Assembly: GCA_963809895.1 (NCBI GenBank)
Contig: CAWELD010000010.1
Location: forward strand, 1,152,001-1,216,000
Reading direction: 5' to 3'
DNA length: 64,000 nucleotides
Source: an uncultured Gemmatimonadales bacterium
GTDB taxonomy: Bacteria; Gemmatimonadota; Gemmatimonadetes; Longimicrobiales; Gaopeijiaceae
The position numbers and the translations under genes are program-made. This document shows, in pieces, positions 1-10,665 of the stretch (position 1 is the first letter of the stretch; every line of letters begins with the position of its first letter). Below the pieces are notes generated by a model that worked only from the letters and a program-made list of their open reading frames with translations, had not been told where the DNA came from and did no database searches.

Positions 1-711
1 GTCGGTGGACCACAGCAGCGCACCGGTGGCTGAAGAGAAGACGTATACGCGGCCCGCGCGCCCACCGAAGACCGGGGCCGAGGTCGTGACGTCGTGGATG
101 CCGTCGCCGTCCACGTCGCCGATGTCCCGTGCGATCCAGCCGAACGAGCTTCCGGTCTCCTCGCCGATCCATTCCCGGATGGGGTGGACGTCTTCCAGGA
201 ACGGGTGCGCCAGCTCCGCGTCGTCGGGCATGAGGGCCAGGTAGCGGGGATCGTTGCGCAGCGAGGCGGCGTCGGGATCCGCCACCAGCCGGGTCATGTC
301 CATCTGGTGCGTTTCGAGCGCTTCCTGGAACCAGTGAAAGGCCTCGTCGGGATTGCCCTTGCGAGCGTACGCCGCTCCCAGGTTGTAGAGGGCGGTGGGC
401 CGCGTCGCCGGGAACTGCGCCGCCTTCTGGTGGGCGGCGATGGCCTGATCCCATTTCTGCTCGGAATGGTAGGCGTATCCGAGAAAGGACCAGGCGCGGG
501 CGTTGTCGGGCTCCGCCGCCGTGAGGCTGTCCAGCAGCGCCTCGGCGGCGGACCAGTTCTGCGTCGCCAGGAAGCCCCGGGCGCGCTGCAGCGCCGGCGT
601 GCTCTGGGCCGTGGCGCGGGCGGGCGCGAGCCCCAACAGGAGGGCGGTCGCGAGGGGAACGACGACGCCGGCCAGGCGGCGGGTCGCGGGGATCGGACGT
701 GGGTGGGTCAT
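1..711 (-). CDS. Secreted TPR + FG-GAP repeat protein (3' part runs off the window)
   Basis: Hand translation from ATG at 711, not in the ORF track. Signal-like LLLGLAPARATAQ, TPR-like AWSFLGYAY...ALYNLGAAYARKGNPDEAFHWF, then FG-GAP-like SSFGWIARDIGDVDGDGIHDV...AGRVYVFS. Frame is open to position 1. Confidence 0.75.
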   Translation of the reverse strand, partial: MTHPRPIPATRRLAGVVVPLATALLLGLAPARATAQSTPALQRARGFLATQNWSAAEALLDSLTAAEPDNARAWSFLGYAYHSEQKWDQAIAAHQKAAQFPATRPTALYNLGAAYARKGNPDEAFHWFQEALETHQMDMTRLVADPDAASLRNDPRYLALMPDDAELAHPFLEDVHPIREWIGEETGSSFGWIARDIGDVDGDGIHDVTTSAPVFGGRAGRVYVFSSATGALLWSTD

Positions 712-815
712 GGGCCGGCTCCGGTGACGTACATGGGGGCGGACATGGAATAAACGTCTCAGACCCCGGGGGATTTCGTCTGGCCCGGGATCGGGACCGA
801 ACCGGGAGAGGGAAC

Positions 816-1322
816 ATGTGGCGCAGGGCATCGATGCTGGTGTTGGCGGTGGGGCTGGCGTGTGCGCCGCCGCAGGACGGCATGGCGGGCGGAGAAGCCG
901 AAACCGGGTCCATGCCCCCGGCCGACGAGTCCCAGCTCATGCAAGCGGACCGGGACTTCGCCGCGGCGGTGGCGGAGGGCGGCGCCGAGGCCTGGGCCGC
1001 ATGGTTCGATCCCCAGGGCGCCATGATCCAGCCCCGGGCCGGCGAGATCTCCGGCATCGCCTCCATCCGGTCCGCCATGGCGGGGTTGGACGAACCCGGC
1101 GTCTCGCTGGAGTGGGAGCCCTACAGCGCCGACATCGCTGCCTCCGGCGACCTGGGCTACACCGTGGGGCGCTACACCTCTCGCGGACCCGGCGAGGGAG
1201 ATGCCGAGGTCGTGAGCCACGGACTCTACGTCACCATCTGGCGTCGCCAGGCGGATGGTAGCTGGAAGGTCGCCATGGACCTGGGGAACCCGGTGGGCGA
1301 GGGCCCCTGGCCCGAGGGCTGA
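816..1322 (+). CDS. NTF2/SnoaL-like (DUF4440-type) lipoprotein
   Basis: Lipobox VGLAC; C-terminal SGDLGYTVGRY...GLYVTIWRRQADGSWKVAMD is typical of the family. Confidence 0.8.
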   Translation: MWRRASMLVLAVGLACAPPQDGMAGGEAETGSMPPADESQLMQADRDFAAAVAEGGAEAWAAWFDPQGAMIQPRAGEISGIASIRSAMAGLDEPGVSLEWEPYSADIAASGDLGYTVGRYTSRGPGEGDAEVVSHGLYVTIWRRQADGSWKVAMDLGNPVGEGPWPEG

Positions 1323-1434
1323 CGTCTCGGCGCGCGCACCCGCCTCTTGACCGCAGGGGTGCTCCGCCTACCCTTCGGGATTCGGGTCGGAGTCCCTCGG
1401 GGGCTCGGCCGAGACTCCCCATGCGCACGAAATC

Positions 1435-2718
1435 ATGACCCCGCTTCTCGAGGAGTTGGCCTGGCGCGGCATGCTCCACGACGCCACCGAGGGCACGGCC
1501 GACCATCTGGCCGGCGCACCCCGTGTGGCCTACATCGGCTTCGATCCCACGGCCTCGTCGCTGCACGTGGGCTCGCTGCTCCAGATCATGGTTCTGGTCC
1601 ACGCTCAGCGTGCGGGACACCATCCCATCGCCCTGGTGGGCGGAGCCACGGGGCTGGTGGGTGACCCCTCCGGAAAGGCGCAGGAGCGGCCCCTCCTCAC
1701 CCGGGAGCAGGTCGAGGAGAACGCCGACGGCATCCACCGTCAGTTGGAGCATTTCCTGGATTTCGAAGCACGCGACAACCCCGCCCGCATGCGCAACAAC
1801 CTGGATTGGCTGGGGCGCACCAACGTGCTGGACTTCCTGCGCGACGTGGGCAAGCACTTCTCGGTCAACGCCATGCTGCGCAAGGAGTCGGTGCGGCGCA
1901 GGATCGAGAGCGAGGAGACGGGCATCAGCTTCACCGAGTTCGCGTACCAGCTCCTGCAGGCCGCGGACTTCCTGCACCTGCACCAGGCCGATGGCTGCAC
2001 GATCCAGATGGGCGGCAGCGATCAGTGGGGCAACATCACGGCCGGGGCCGAGCTCGTCCGCCGGGTCACCGGCGCGCATGCGTACGGGGTCGTGGCGCCC
2101 CTGGTCACCACGTCGGCCGGAACCAAGTTCGGCAAGACGGAGGCGGGCACCGTGTGGCTGGATCCCGCGCGCACCTCGCCCTTCCGTTTCTACCAGTTCT
2201 GGATCAACGCCGACGACCGCGATGCCCTGACCTACCTGCGATACTTCACCCTGCTGTCGACGGACGAAGTGGGGCGTCTCGAGGAAGCCACCGCCGCCGA
2301 GCCCCACAAACGGAGCGCGCAACGCGCCCTGGCCGAGGACGTGACCCGGCGGGTGCACGGAGAGGGCGGTCTTCAGCGGGCGCTCAGGGCGACCGAGGCG
2401 CTCTTCGGCGGATCGCTGGATGGGCTGGGCGCCGACGACATCGCCGACATCTTCAGCGACGTGCCCTCGTCGCGGCTTGCCGGCGAGACGCTGGCAGGTG
2501 AGGGCCTGGACATCCTGGATCTCCTCGTGGAGACGGCGCTCGCCTCGTCACGGGGCGACGCCCGGCGCTCCATCGAAGGCGGGGGGATCTACGTCAACGG
2601 CGAGCGGGTCGAGGACACGCAGGCGCGCGTCACCACCGATCGGGCCGTGGACGGACGATTCCTCGTCCTCCGCAAGGGGAAGAAGCGTTACCACCTGGCG
2701 GAGGTGGTCCGGGGCTGA
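1435..2718 (+). CDS. tyrS: Tyrosine--tRNA ligase
   Basis: YIGFDPTASSLHVGS (HIGH-like), QMGGSDQWGNI, KFGKT, C-terminal S4 domain ending LRKGKK. Confidence 0.98.
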   Translation: MTPLLEELAWRGMLHDATEGTADHLAGAPRVAYIGFDPTASSLHVGSLLQIMVLVHAQRAGHHPIALVGGATGLVGDPSGKAQERPLLTREQVEENADGIHRQLEHFLDFEARDNPARMRNNLDWLGRTNVLDFLRDVGKHFSVNAMLRKESVRRRIESEETGISFTEFAYQLLQAADFLHLHQADGCTIQMGGSDQWGNITAGAELVRRVTGAHAYGVVAPLVTTSAGTKFGKTEAGTVWLDPARTSPFRFYQFWINADDRDALTYLRYFTLLSTDEVGRLEEATAAEPHKRSAQRALAEDVTRRVHGEGGLQRALRATEALFGGSLDGLGADDIADIFSDVPSSRLAGETLAGEGLDILDLLVETALASSRGDARRSIEGGGIYVNGERVEDTQARVTTDRAVDGRFLVLRKGKKRYHLAEVVRG

Positions 2719-2741
2719 CCCGCCACTCGCTCGCAGACGCA

Positions 2742-2774
2742 AAGGGGCGCCCCCCGATCCGGAGGGCGCCCCTT
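2742..2774. terminator. Hairpin between convergent tyrS and the beta-barrel gene
   Basis: Arms AAGGGGCGCCC / GGGCGCCCCTT; short T tail on the minus strand. Confidence 0.6.
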
Positions 2775-2797
2775 GGCGTGCACGGTTTGCGCTGGGC

Positions 2798-3808
2798 TCA
2801 GAAGGCCTTACGCCACGAGAGCGTGAAGCCCCAGTCGCCGGCCAACCGGACAGCGTCGAAGTCCTGGTGCACCGGGAACACGAATTCCGCCGAGATCCGG
2901 TGACCCTGCAGGGGGCCCTGCCGCATGTAGACGTTGAGTCCCACGGGAACGTCGACCTCCTCGCCCCCGCTGAAGACCGCGTCCTCACCGGGATCCCGCG
3001 TCGGATCCAGCGCCACGTCCACGCCCTCGATGCTGCCCCACGAGCGGAAGCGGGCGCCGCTGGTCAGGGCGAAGGTGGGATTCAGCATGTACTCGAGCCA
3101 GGCCGCGCCTTCCACCTGGTCTCCCAGGCGATACCCCCGGTCGTTGTCGTTGAGGCGGATACGGCCGAGCAGCTGGGCGCCCACGGTGCCGTGCTCGTTC
3201 TGGATCTGCGCCGTGACCCCGGGAATCACGCTCCACGAGCCCGATCCGGGCTGCATCTCGTAGGGCAGTACCTGGTCCTGGACGTCGAGCAGGTCGCCCC
3301 GCTTGTCGGTGGAGCCCACGGGGACCTCGACGCCGCCGTGGAAATGCACCCGGACCGCGCCCTGCGAGAAGACATCGTACAGCCCCTGCACCTCGATGTC
3401 GGAAATGCCCGACGCCGAGGTGGACACGAAGAACTCCTCGTTGGCGACGCTGCGGCTGTGATCGACCCAGGACGCCGTTCCCAGCAACGTCAGGCGGTCG
3501 GACGCGCCGTACGCCAGCACGAGGTCGTTGACCCGGTCGGTGCGGTCGAACGGTGTCGTGGAGTAGTCCTCGAGGACATCGAGGGGATCCACGGGAAGCG
3601 TGCCGAGCTGCACGGCGTTGAAGGTCATCTTGCGGAACCTGTACGTCACTTCCAGGGCTCCCATGGGCAGGATCCGGTCGCCGGTGACCCCGGCCGAGGC
3701 GACGCCGTCGGGGCGGTCGCTGGTCCAGGTGTATCCGGTGTTGTCCTGCGCGGCAGCTGGCGAGGCCAGCGCGATCAGGGCCGCGACGAGGAGGTATCTT
3801 TGGCGCAT
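2798..3808 (-). CDS. Outer-membrane beta-barrel 'transporter' family protein
   Basis: Signal peptide MRQRYLLVAALIALASPAAA; RPDG..GVTGD, SGISD, LPYEMQPGSGS and NDRGYRLGD motifs; terminal Phe (LSWRKAF). Confidence 0.7.
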   Translation of the reverse strand: MRQRYLLVAALIALASPAAAQDNTGYTWTSDRPDGVASAGVTGDRILPMGALEVTYRFRKMTFNAVQLGTLPVDPLDVLEDYSTTPFDRTDRVNDLVLAYGASDRLTLLGTASWVDHSRSVANEEFFVSTSASGISDIEVQGLYDVFSQGAVRVHFHGGVEVPVGSTDKRGDLLDVQDQVLPYEMQPGSGSWSVIPGVTAQIQNEHGTVGAQLLGRIRLNDNDRGYRLGDQVEGAAWLEYMLNPTFALTSGARFRSWGSIEGVDVALDPTRDPGEDAVFSGGEEVDVPVGLNVYMRQGPLQGHRISAEFVFPVHQDFDAVRLAGDWGFTLSWRKAF

Positions 3809-3929
3809 CCCGCTTCCTCCCACGAAAGTGGATGGGTGGCTTGAGCTCGACATGACGAAGGTCCGTGCGACACGGACCCCACCCTTCAAAGATGGGAACG
3901 GCCCTGGACCGAAAACAAGTTTTTCCTGG

Positions 3930-6287
3930 CTAGGGTCCGCGCAGGCCGTCCGGCGCCCGGAGGACCTCGTCGGGAATTCCGAAGGCGTCCACCAGGAAAA
4001 CGGCCTCTTCGGCGACCTCGGCGCAGACCCGGTTGAGCTGGGTCCTGAGAGCACGGGACTTGCCCGGCTCCATGTAGCCCGTCTCGAGATACCAGTCGCG
4101 GTGGCGGTGCACGGTGGCCAGGCCGTGGAGCGTGGCCACGATGCGCAGCGTCTCGGAGAGGCCCGGCGTGGGCGCACGCCGCACCGCGTCGTGGAACGCC
4201 TCCAGCACCAGACGCTCTCCGTGGGCGCAGGCCAGCTCCACCAGGTGATCCTGCACCTCGTTGAGGGCCGCGAACGAATCCATGCCGTCGTCGATACGGG
4301 CCTTCAACCGGCGTGCCACAGACGACAGCAGACGCTGCTCGCGGTATTCCAGAGCCCCGTCGTGGAACTCCGGATCCCGGAGGTGATCCGGGTCGGTGCG
4401 CCGGGTGACCACCGGATTGAGCTCGCTCAGGCGCGTCTCCGCCCGGTCCGCCAGGTAGCGGACCACGTCCCAGATCCGCAGGTCCCCCATCTCCTCGCGG
4501 AAGCGAGCCAGCAGTCCTTTGGCCGCCAGTTGCAGGAGCACCACGTTGGCGCCCTCGAACGTGGTGAAGATGTCGGTGTCCGCCCGGAGCCTTCCCAGGC
4601 GGTTGTCCGCCCGGTAGCCCCGGCCGCCCATGGCCTCCCGACAGGCCTGCAGGGTGTCGGCGCAGTGCCACGAGGCCAGCGCCTTCAGGGCCGCGGCGCG
4701 CACCTCCAGCTCCCGGCTCTCCTGGCTCTGGCGGCCGGTCCGCAGGATCCGGTCGTAGCGCGTCACCAGGTCGCGAACGGCGAAGTGGTAGCCGTAGGTG
4801 GCGGCCAGGGCGGGCAGGAGCAGGCGCTGCTGGGTGCGGTACCGGAGGATCGGGACCTCCCGCGCGCCTTCCGGACCGAACTGGCGGCGGCGCGCCGAGT
4901 AGCGCACGGCGACGGTCAGCCCGGTCTTGGCGGCGCTCACCGAGGCGGCGGCGATGCTGATGCGGCCCGCCACCAGTGTGCCGAGCATGGTGAAGAAGCG
5001 GCGCCCGGCCGAGGGGATCTCGCTCTCGTAGCGGCCGTCGTCGGTGATGCGTCCGAACCGATCGAGGAGATTCGCCCGGGGGACCCTGACCTCGTCGAAC
5101 CAGATGCGTCCGTTGTCCACGCCGTTGAGGCCCACCTTGGGCCCGTCGTCCTCGATGCGGATGCCCTCGAGGGGTACGCCGTCTTCGCTCCGGATCGGCA
5201 CCAGCACGGCGTGGACGCCGTATTCCTCGCCGTCGACCTCGAGCTGGCCGAACACGGTGGCCATGCGCCCGTGCAGCGCCGCGTTGCCGATCCATTCCTT
5301 GCCGGCGCCCTCGTGGGGCGTATGGACGACCAGCTCGTCGACCTCGCCGTCGTAGCGCACGCGGGTCTCGATCTGGCGCACGTTGGAGCCGTGTCCGATC
5401 TCGGTCATGGCGTAGCACCCCGGCAGACGCAGCGCGCCGATGTCCGCCAGGTAGCGGCGATGGTGCCGCTCGGTGCCCAGCTGTTGCACGCTTCCGCCGA
5501 ACAGCCCGAACTGGACGCCGAACTTCACCAGCAACGAGCTGTCGCCGAAGGCCAGGGTCTCGAACACCGCGGTTGCCCGCCCCGGGCTGGCTCCGCCGCC
5601 CACCGACTCCGGATAGGCGAGCACCCCCAGCCCCTGGTCGGCGAGGAAGCGCAGCGCTTCCAGGACCCGGGCACGGTAGGTGGCCCGGTCCAGCTCCGGC
5701 TCGAAAGTGAGCACCGGCTCGCGCAGAAGCTCCAGCACCTGCGAGCGGACGTCGGGCCACGGCTCGGCGAGATAACCCGTCAGGCGTTCCACGTCGAACG
5801 GCGCTTCCACCAGGGGCCGGACCGGCGCCGGCGCAACGTAGTCCTCGTCGGCGCCCAGCAGTCGGCGTACGGCCTCGCGGCCCACGACGCCCAGGGCGGT
5901 CTCGGCCGACACCAGTGCGCCCCGGGCATCCGGGTCACGCCAGGCCCCGACGTCACCGACGGTGCGGGCCAGATCGAGGCCCAGCTCGGTGAGCGAGGCC
6001 GCTTCGGCGGTCTCCGGTGGCGCGAGCTCCCGGATCCACTCCCGCAGCCGGGTGACGGCGGTGGCAGACGGTGGCACGTCGGGATCCAGCCAGGGCATGA
6101 GCGCGGCCCGGTCCTCCTCGTCCAGGGCCGAGTCCTCCAGGAGGAGCTCTCCGAACGCCTGCCGCTCTCCGGGCGTCAGCACCCCGTCGGCCCACGCCGT
6201 GTGCACCAGTGGCAGGAGCGCGAGCAGGCGCGGCCGATCCCGGGGCCATACGTGAGGGGCGGGGTCGGAGTCTGGAGTCGAAGCCAT
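3930..6287 (-). CDS. Acyl-CoA oxidase/dehydrogenase family flavoprotein with N-terminal extension
   Basis: [48 protein letters not shown]. Confidence 0.9.
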   Translation of the reverse strand: MASTPDSDPAPHVWPRDRPRLLALLPLVHTAWADGVLTPGERQAFGELLLEDSALDEEDRAALMPWLDPDVPPSATAVTRLREWIRELAPPETAEAASLTELGLDLARTVGDVGAWRDPDARGALVSAETALGVVGREAVRRLLGADEDYVAPAPVRPLVEAPFDVERLTGYLAEPWPDVRSQVLELLREPVLTFEPELDRATYRARVLEALRFLADQGLGVLAYPESVGGGASPGRATAVFETLAFGDSSLLVKFGVQFGLFGGSVQQLGTERHHRRYLADIGALRLPGCYAMTEIGHGSNVRQIETRVRYDGEVDELVVHTPHEGAGKEWIGNAALHGRMATVFGQLEVDGEEYGVHAVLVPIRSEDGVPLEGIRIEDDGPKVGLNGVDNGRIWFDEVRVPRANLLDRFGRITDDGRYESEIPSAGRRFFTMLGTLVAGRISIAAASVSAAKTGLTVAVRYSARRRQFGPEGAREVPILRYRTQQRLLLPALAATYGYHFAVRDLVTRYDRILRTGRQSQESRELEVRAAALKALASWHCADTLQACREAMGGRGYRADNRLGRLRADTDIFTTFEGANVVLLQLAAKGLLARFREEMGDLRIWDVVRYLADRAETRLSELNPVVTRRTDPDHLRDPEFHDGALEYREQRLLSSVARRLKARIDDGMDSFAALNEVQDHLVELACAHGERLVLEAFHDAVRRAPTPGLSETLRIVATLHGLATVHRHRDWYLETGYMEPGKSRALRTQLNRVCAEVAEEAVFLVDAFGIPDEVLRAPDGLRGP

Positions 6288-6418
6288 GGAATTCCCGGAC
6301 TAGGTTCACGAAGCAGGATGCCGTACCGGGCCCCGGGGGGGTTCGTTCCCCGGCAGCGGCGGTTCGGCGGCCCGGGCCTCCCTTGACCCACATCGCCGGG
6401 CCACCCATCCTCCGCGGC

Positions 6419-6925
6419 ATGACAGATTCCAAGACGCTGGTCGGCGTGGTCATGGGATCCCGGTCCGATTGGGACACCATGAAGAACGCCGTGGACACGC
6501 TGCAAGCCCTGGCGGTGCCGCACGAGGTGCGGGTGGTCTCCGCCCACCGTACGCCGGACCTCCTCTTCGAGTACGCCGAGACGGCCGAGGAGCGAGGTCT
6601 GGAGGTGATCATCGCCGGCGCCGGCGGCGCGGCGCACCTGCCCGGGATGCTCGCCGCCAAGACGGTGATCCCGGTCCTGGGCGTGCCCGTGCAATCCCGT
6701 GCGCTGCAGGGCCTCGACTCGCTGTTGTCCATCGTGCAGATGCCCGGTGGCGTGCCGGTGGGCACGTTGGCCATCGGGACGGCGGGGGCCGTGAATGCCG
6801 CCCTGTTGGCCGCGCAGATGATCGGCGCCCATCATCCCGAGGTCCGTGAGGCGGTCCGCCGCTACCGGGGGGATCGCACGAAGGCGGTGCTCCAGGATCC
6901 GGATCCCCGCAAGCCGCGGCCATGA
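6419..6925 (+). CDS. purE: N5-CAIR mutase
   Basis: [38 protein letters not shown]. Confidence 0.98.
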   Translation: MTDSKTLVGVVMGSRSDWDTMKNAVDTLQALAVPHEVRVVSAHRTPDLLFEYAETAEERGLEVIIAGAGGAAHLPGMLAAKTVIPVLGVPVQSRALQGLDSLLSIVQMPGGVPVGTLAIGTAGAVNAALLAAQMIGAHHPEVREAVRRYRGDRTKAVLQDPDPRKPRP

Positions 6926-8028
6926 TCGTCGGCATCATGGGGGGAGGCCAGCTCGGGCGCATGCTGGCCCTGGCCGGGACGCCGCTGGGCCTGCGCTTCC
7001 GCTTCCTGGAGCCCCGTAGCCCGTCGCCGGTGGACGGGCTCGGCGAGGTGGTACGAGGCGCCTACGACGACCTGGACGCGGTGCGACGCTTCGCCGATGG
7101 CGTCGCCGTTGTCACCTACGAGTTCGAGAACGTTCCCGTGGCTTCGGCCAGGGCCCTCGCCGGAGACGTCCCCGTCTTTCCACCGGCCGCCGCGCTGGAG
7201 ATGGCGCAGGATCGGCTCCGTGAGAAGGAGGGCTTCGGTCGGCTGGGAATCCCCACGGCTCCGTACCGGACCGTCGATTCCAGCGAAGAGCTGCGTGAGG
7301 CGGTGGCCGAGGTCGGTCTGCCGGCGGTGCTCAAGACGCGCCGGCTCGGCTACGACGGCAAGGGCCAGGCGGTGCTGCGTGAGCCCGCCGATCTGGAGGC
7401 CGCGTGGGAGCGCCTCGGGGGTCGGCCCCTGATTCTGGAGGGCTTCGTGGACTTCTCCCGGGAGCTGTCCATCGTCGCCGTGCGCGGCAGGGACGGGTCG
7501 GAGGCGTTCTATCCCCTGGTGGAGAACCACCACGACCAGGGTGTGCTCGCCCGGACCATCGCACCTGCGCCGGACCTGACGCCGGCGCTCCAGGAGACGG
7601 CCGAGGGATACGCCCGCGCGCTGCTGGAAGAGCTGGACTACGTGGGGGTCCTGGCGCTGGAGCTCTTCCACGTCGACGGTGAGCTCTGGGGCAACGAGGT
7701 GGCTCCCCGGGTCCACAACTCCGGCCACTGGAGCCAGGACGGTGCGGTCACCAGCCAGTTCGAGAACCACATGCGGGCGGTGGCGGGCTTCCCGCTGGGT
7801 AGCACCGATCCCGTGGGGCGCACCGTGATGGTGAACCTCCTGGGCGCGGCACCGCGGTCGTCGTCGGTCCTGTGCGAGCCCGGCGCGCACCTGCACCTCT
7901 ACGACAAGGCACCGCGGCCGGGGCGCAAGATCGGCCACGTCAACGTGGTGGGCATCGAGGTGGACGACGTCGATGCCACGGTCCGGCGCATCCAGGCGTC
8001 CTTTCCACCGGAGGCCGGTCCGGCTTGA
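6922..8028 (+). CDS. purK: N5-CAIR synthetase
   Basis: [44 protein letters not shown] overlap with purE. Confidence 0.97.
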   Translation: MIVGIMGGGQLGRMLALAGTPLGLRFRFLEPRSPSPVDGLGEVVRGAYDDLDAVRRFADGVAVVTYEFENVPVASARALAGDVPVFPPAAALEMAQDRLREKEGFGRLGIPTAPYRTVDSSEELREAVAEVGLPAVLKTRRLGYDGKGQAVLREPADLEAAWERLGGRPLILEGFVDFSRELSIVAVRGRDGSEAFYPLVENHHDQGVLARTIAPAPDLTPALQETAEGYARALLEELDYVGVLALELFHVDGELWGNEVAPRVHNSGHWSQDGAVTSQFENHMRAVAGFPLGSTDPVGRTVMVNLLGAAPRSSSVLCEPGAHLHLYDKAPRPGRKIGHVNVVGIEVDDVDATVRRIQASFPPEAGPA

Positions 8029-8031
8029 GGA

Positions 8032-8901
8032 TCAGGCGGCTCCCGCCGCCACCTCGATGGGTCCCTCCGGTGTGGCGGTGGCGCTCCATCGGGCGAGGAC
8101 CCAGAGCCCCAGGGCCGCCAACCCCGCCAGATCGGCGAACAGGAGGGGCGCGAAAGGCGGCGCGCCGAAGACGAGCCGGTCCAGGAGGGGCGCGGACGAC
8201 GCCCGCGTGAAGGCCGGGAGCGTGTGCAGCACGAAGCCCAACAGACCCGTGGCCACCTGCAGCGCCAGACCACTCCACGCTACCCTCCGGGCCGTATCGT
8301 CCAAAGGCCACACCAGCGCGGGCGCCACCGTGCCCACGCCGATGCCGGCAGCCACCACGGGAATCCACTCGGCGGCGTGGAAGAAGCCGTTCTGGGCGTG
8401 GTCCGCCAGCGACAACCCCAGGTTGCCCGCGATCCCCCCGGCGGCGAGAAAGAGCACCCAGCGCCCCCAGGTCGGGTCGTCCTCCAGCCGGATCCTCCGG
8501 TTCATGAGGAGAAGGAGGCCCAGCCCCACGTAGGCCAGGGGAGCCACGAAGGGGGCGGAGTAGACCAGGGCCTGCAGGGTGACCTGCTGGAAGAACTGGC
8601 CCTCCAGGTGCCAGATGAAGCCGGCGACGCCCACGGCGACCGAGAGCCATCCCACGACCTCGCCCACGAGGCGCGCCCTGCCGAGTCTCGGATCGCGGGC
8701 GAGGACTCCCGGGGCCAGTGCCGCCGCGCCCAACGCCGAGAAGATCAGCGGGATCCACTCGGCGGGATGGGCGAAGTCGTTGGTGGAGTGGGCCAGGAGG
8801 ATGTCCACCACCAGGAAGCCCAGGTTCGAGGCCACGAATCCCTCGAGGAGCCGGGCCGGGGAGATCCAGGGCAGGCGTTCGGCGGCCATGGCCCGGGTCA
8901 C
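8032..8901 (-). CDS. Integral membrane protein of two repeated His-containing halves
   Basis: GTG start overlaps the cytochrome stop (alternative ATG at 8889). About 8 hydrophobic segments; repeated motifs HxxNxFxHxxEWIP, GFxxH and APxxAPL. Confidence 0.75.
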   Translation of the reverse strand: MTRAMAAERLPWISPARLLEGFVASNLGFLVVDILLAHSTNDFAHPAEWIPLIFSALGAAALAPGVLARDPRLGRARLVGEVVGWLSVAVGVAGFIWHLEGQFFQQVTLQALVYSAPFVAPLAYVGLGLLLLMNRRIRLEDDPTWGRWVLFLAAGGIAGNLGLSLADHAQNGFFHAAEWIPVVAAGIGVGTVAPALVWPLDDTARRVAWSGLALQVATGLLGFVLHTLPAFTRASSAPLLDRLVFGAPPFAPLLFADLAGLAALGLWVLARWSATATPEGPIEVAAGAA

Positions 8902-10127
8902 CGCCGAGCCCGGAGCTCGGCCGCCTTGTCGCGCAGATCCACGATGTGCGTGAGAAGCTCGTAGTTGCCGTGCCACTGCACGAAATCGGCCCCGCCCATG
9001 AACGCGCCGTGCTTGGCGGTCCGTCCGTAGTAGTGCCAGAGGTCGAAGTAGTCGAACTCCAGCGGCTCGTCGTACGGCTCGGGCGTGAGGAGCCCCTCGG
9101 CGTGCAACGAGTCCATGAGCGCGGCGGCGGCCGCGACCTTGGCGTTGGTGGCCACCACCACCGACTCGGCGGCGGCGTAGAAGGTGTCCGTGTGCGTCGC
9201 CGTGTGGCACGTGTTGCAGATGCCCTTCATGGCGTCCTGTCCCTGGACGTAGCCCGGGCGCTTCCGCGACACGTCGGCGAAGAGCCACCACGACAGCCGC
9301 TGGGTCACGTCGTGCGTCACGCCCGCCCCTTCCAGGCCACTCATGTGGCAGGTGGCGCAGGTGGGTACGGGCATGTCCGCGACCGACAGCGCGGCCGGTG
9401 GCGCGGACAGGTTCATGTCCGCCTTCTGCGCGTTGAAGAGCACGCCGTGCTTGGACTCCTCGTAGATCTCGAGCTGGGAGTGGTCCGGACCCATGTGGCA
9501 TTGACCACAGGTGCGGGGCTCGCGGGCCAGCGCCACCGAAGCCGAGTGGCGCGCGTGGCACTGCGTGCAGGTCCCGATGGAGCCGTCGGGGTTGGGCCGG
9601 CCCACGGCGTGGCAGGTGGCGCATCCCGAGCGGATCGCCGCCCCCCCTTCCAGCGTGGCCAGTGCGTTGGCCGGCCGCCTCACCGCGCCCGGGTGGTAGC
9701 GCTCCGCGAACTCGATCTGCTCGTCCGTGAAGGCGTCGGGGCCCATGACCGCCGCGAACGCCGGCGCCGCGTGGCGGCTGCGCAGGAACTGCTGGTACTG
9801 CTCGGCATGGCACTGCTGGCAGTTCAGGGCGGTGACCTGCTTCGCCAGCACGAAGCCGCGGTGATCGAAACTCTCCTGGCCGTCGGCGGGCTGATGGCAT
9901 TGCAGGCAGTTGACCCCCTGCTGCGCGTGCACGCTCCCCTCGTACTCGGCCACGATGGCCGCGGTCTCTTCGCGGTGGCAGGAGGCGCATTCGCCGGTGG
10001 CGCGCACCAGCGCGGCCGTGGGGTGTGAGGTGTCGCTCGTGGGTCGCCGGCGGTTCAGGAGGATGGCGGCCACCACCAGGGCGGTGCCCAGGAAGACAGC
10101 GAGAAACACGACCTTGAACGACTGCAT
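8898..10127 (-). CDS. Octaheme c-type cytochrome, hydroxylamine oxidoreductase (HAO)-like family
   Basis: Eight CxxCH motifs (CASCH, CLQCH, CQQCH, CATCH, CTQCH, CGQCH, CATCH, CNTCH); HAO-type CHMGPDH..EIYEESKHG; N-terminal TM anchor. Confidence 0.88.
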   Translation of the reverse strand: MQSFKVVFLAVFLGTALVVAAILLNRRRPTSDTSHPTAALVRATGECASCHREETAAIVAEYEGSVHAQQGVNCLQCHQPADGQESFDHRGFVLAKQVTALNCQQCHAEQYQQFLRSRHAAPAFAAVMGPDAFTDEQIEFAERYHPGAVRRPANALATLEGGAAIRSGCATCHAVGRPNPDGSIGTCTQCHARHSASVALAREPRTCGQCHMGPDHSQLEIYEESKHGVLFNAQKADMNLSAPPAALSVADMPVPTCATCHMSGLEGAGVTHDVTQRLSWWLFADVSRKRPGYVQGQDAMKGICNTCHTATHTDTFYAAAESVVVATNAKVAAAAALMDSLHAEGLLTPEPYDEPLEFDYFDLWHYYGRTAKHGAFMGGADFVQWHGNYELLTHIVDLRDKAAELRARR

Positions 10128-10257
10128 GGTTCTCTCCGTGCGTGGCGAGCCGGCGGGAGCGGGCGTCCGCGGGCTCGTCCGGCCCCCGCCGAACGAACCG
10201 CTGGAGTCGCCCTGAGGATCTGTGCATGCCCCCGGTGCAAGCCCGAAGTGGCGTGAA

Positions 10258-10272
10258 ACTAACATTGCTAGT
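10258..10272. promoter_or_regulatory. Imperfect palindrome, candidate PadR operator
   Basis: ACTAACA-T-TGCTAGT in an AT-rich patch upstream of padR. Confidence 0.4.
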
Positions 10273-10329
10273 ATTCCGTAGAGGGTCGCGGCGGACGCTC
10301 GGGATCCGCCGCACGTGCCGGGAGAAGAC

Positions 10330-10665
10330 ATGAGCAAGGACACCCTGGGAGAGTTCGAGCACCAGGTGCTGCTGGCGACCCTGCGTCTGGGTGACGAGGC
10401 CTACAGCACCACGGTCGTGCTCGAGCTCGAGCGGGTCACCGGACGAGAAGTGGCCCCTGCCGCGGTCTACATCGCGCTGCGTCGCCTGGAGGAGGGCGGC
10501 TTCGCCCGCTCCGAGCTGCGCCCGCCCGGAGGCCAGGAGGGGGGCCGTGAGCGCCGTTACTTCGCGGTGACCCCGGCGGGCCTCGAGCTGATGCGGGAGT
10601 CGCGCCGCCGCTACGAGGCGCTGTGGGAAGGCATGGACGGACGGCTGGAGTCGGGACTGTCGTGA
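10330..10665 (+). CDS. PadR family transcriptional regulator
   Basis: LGEFEHQVLLA...AVYIALRRLEEGG...RRYFAVTPAG. Confidence 0.9.
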   Translation: MSKDTLGEFEHQVLLATLRLGDEAYSTTVVLELERVTGREVAPAAVYIALRRLEEGGFARSELRPPGGQEGGRERRYFAVTPAGLELMRESRRRYEALWEGMDGRLESGLS

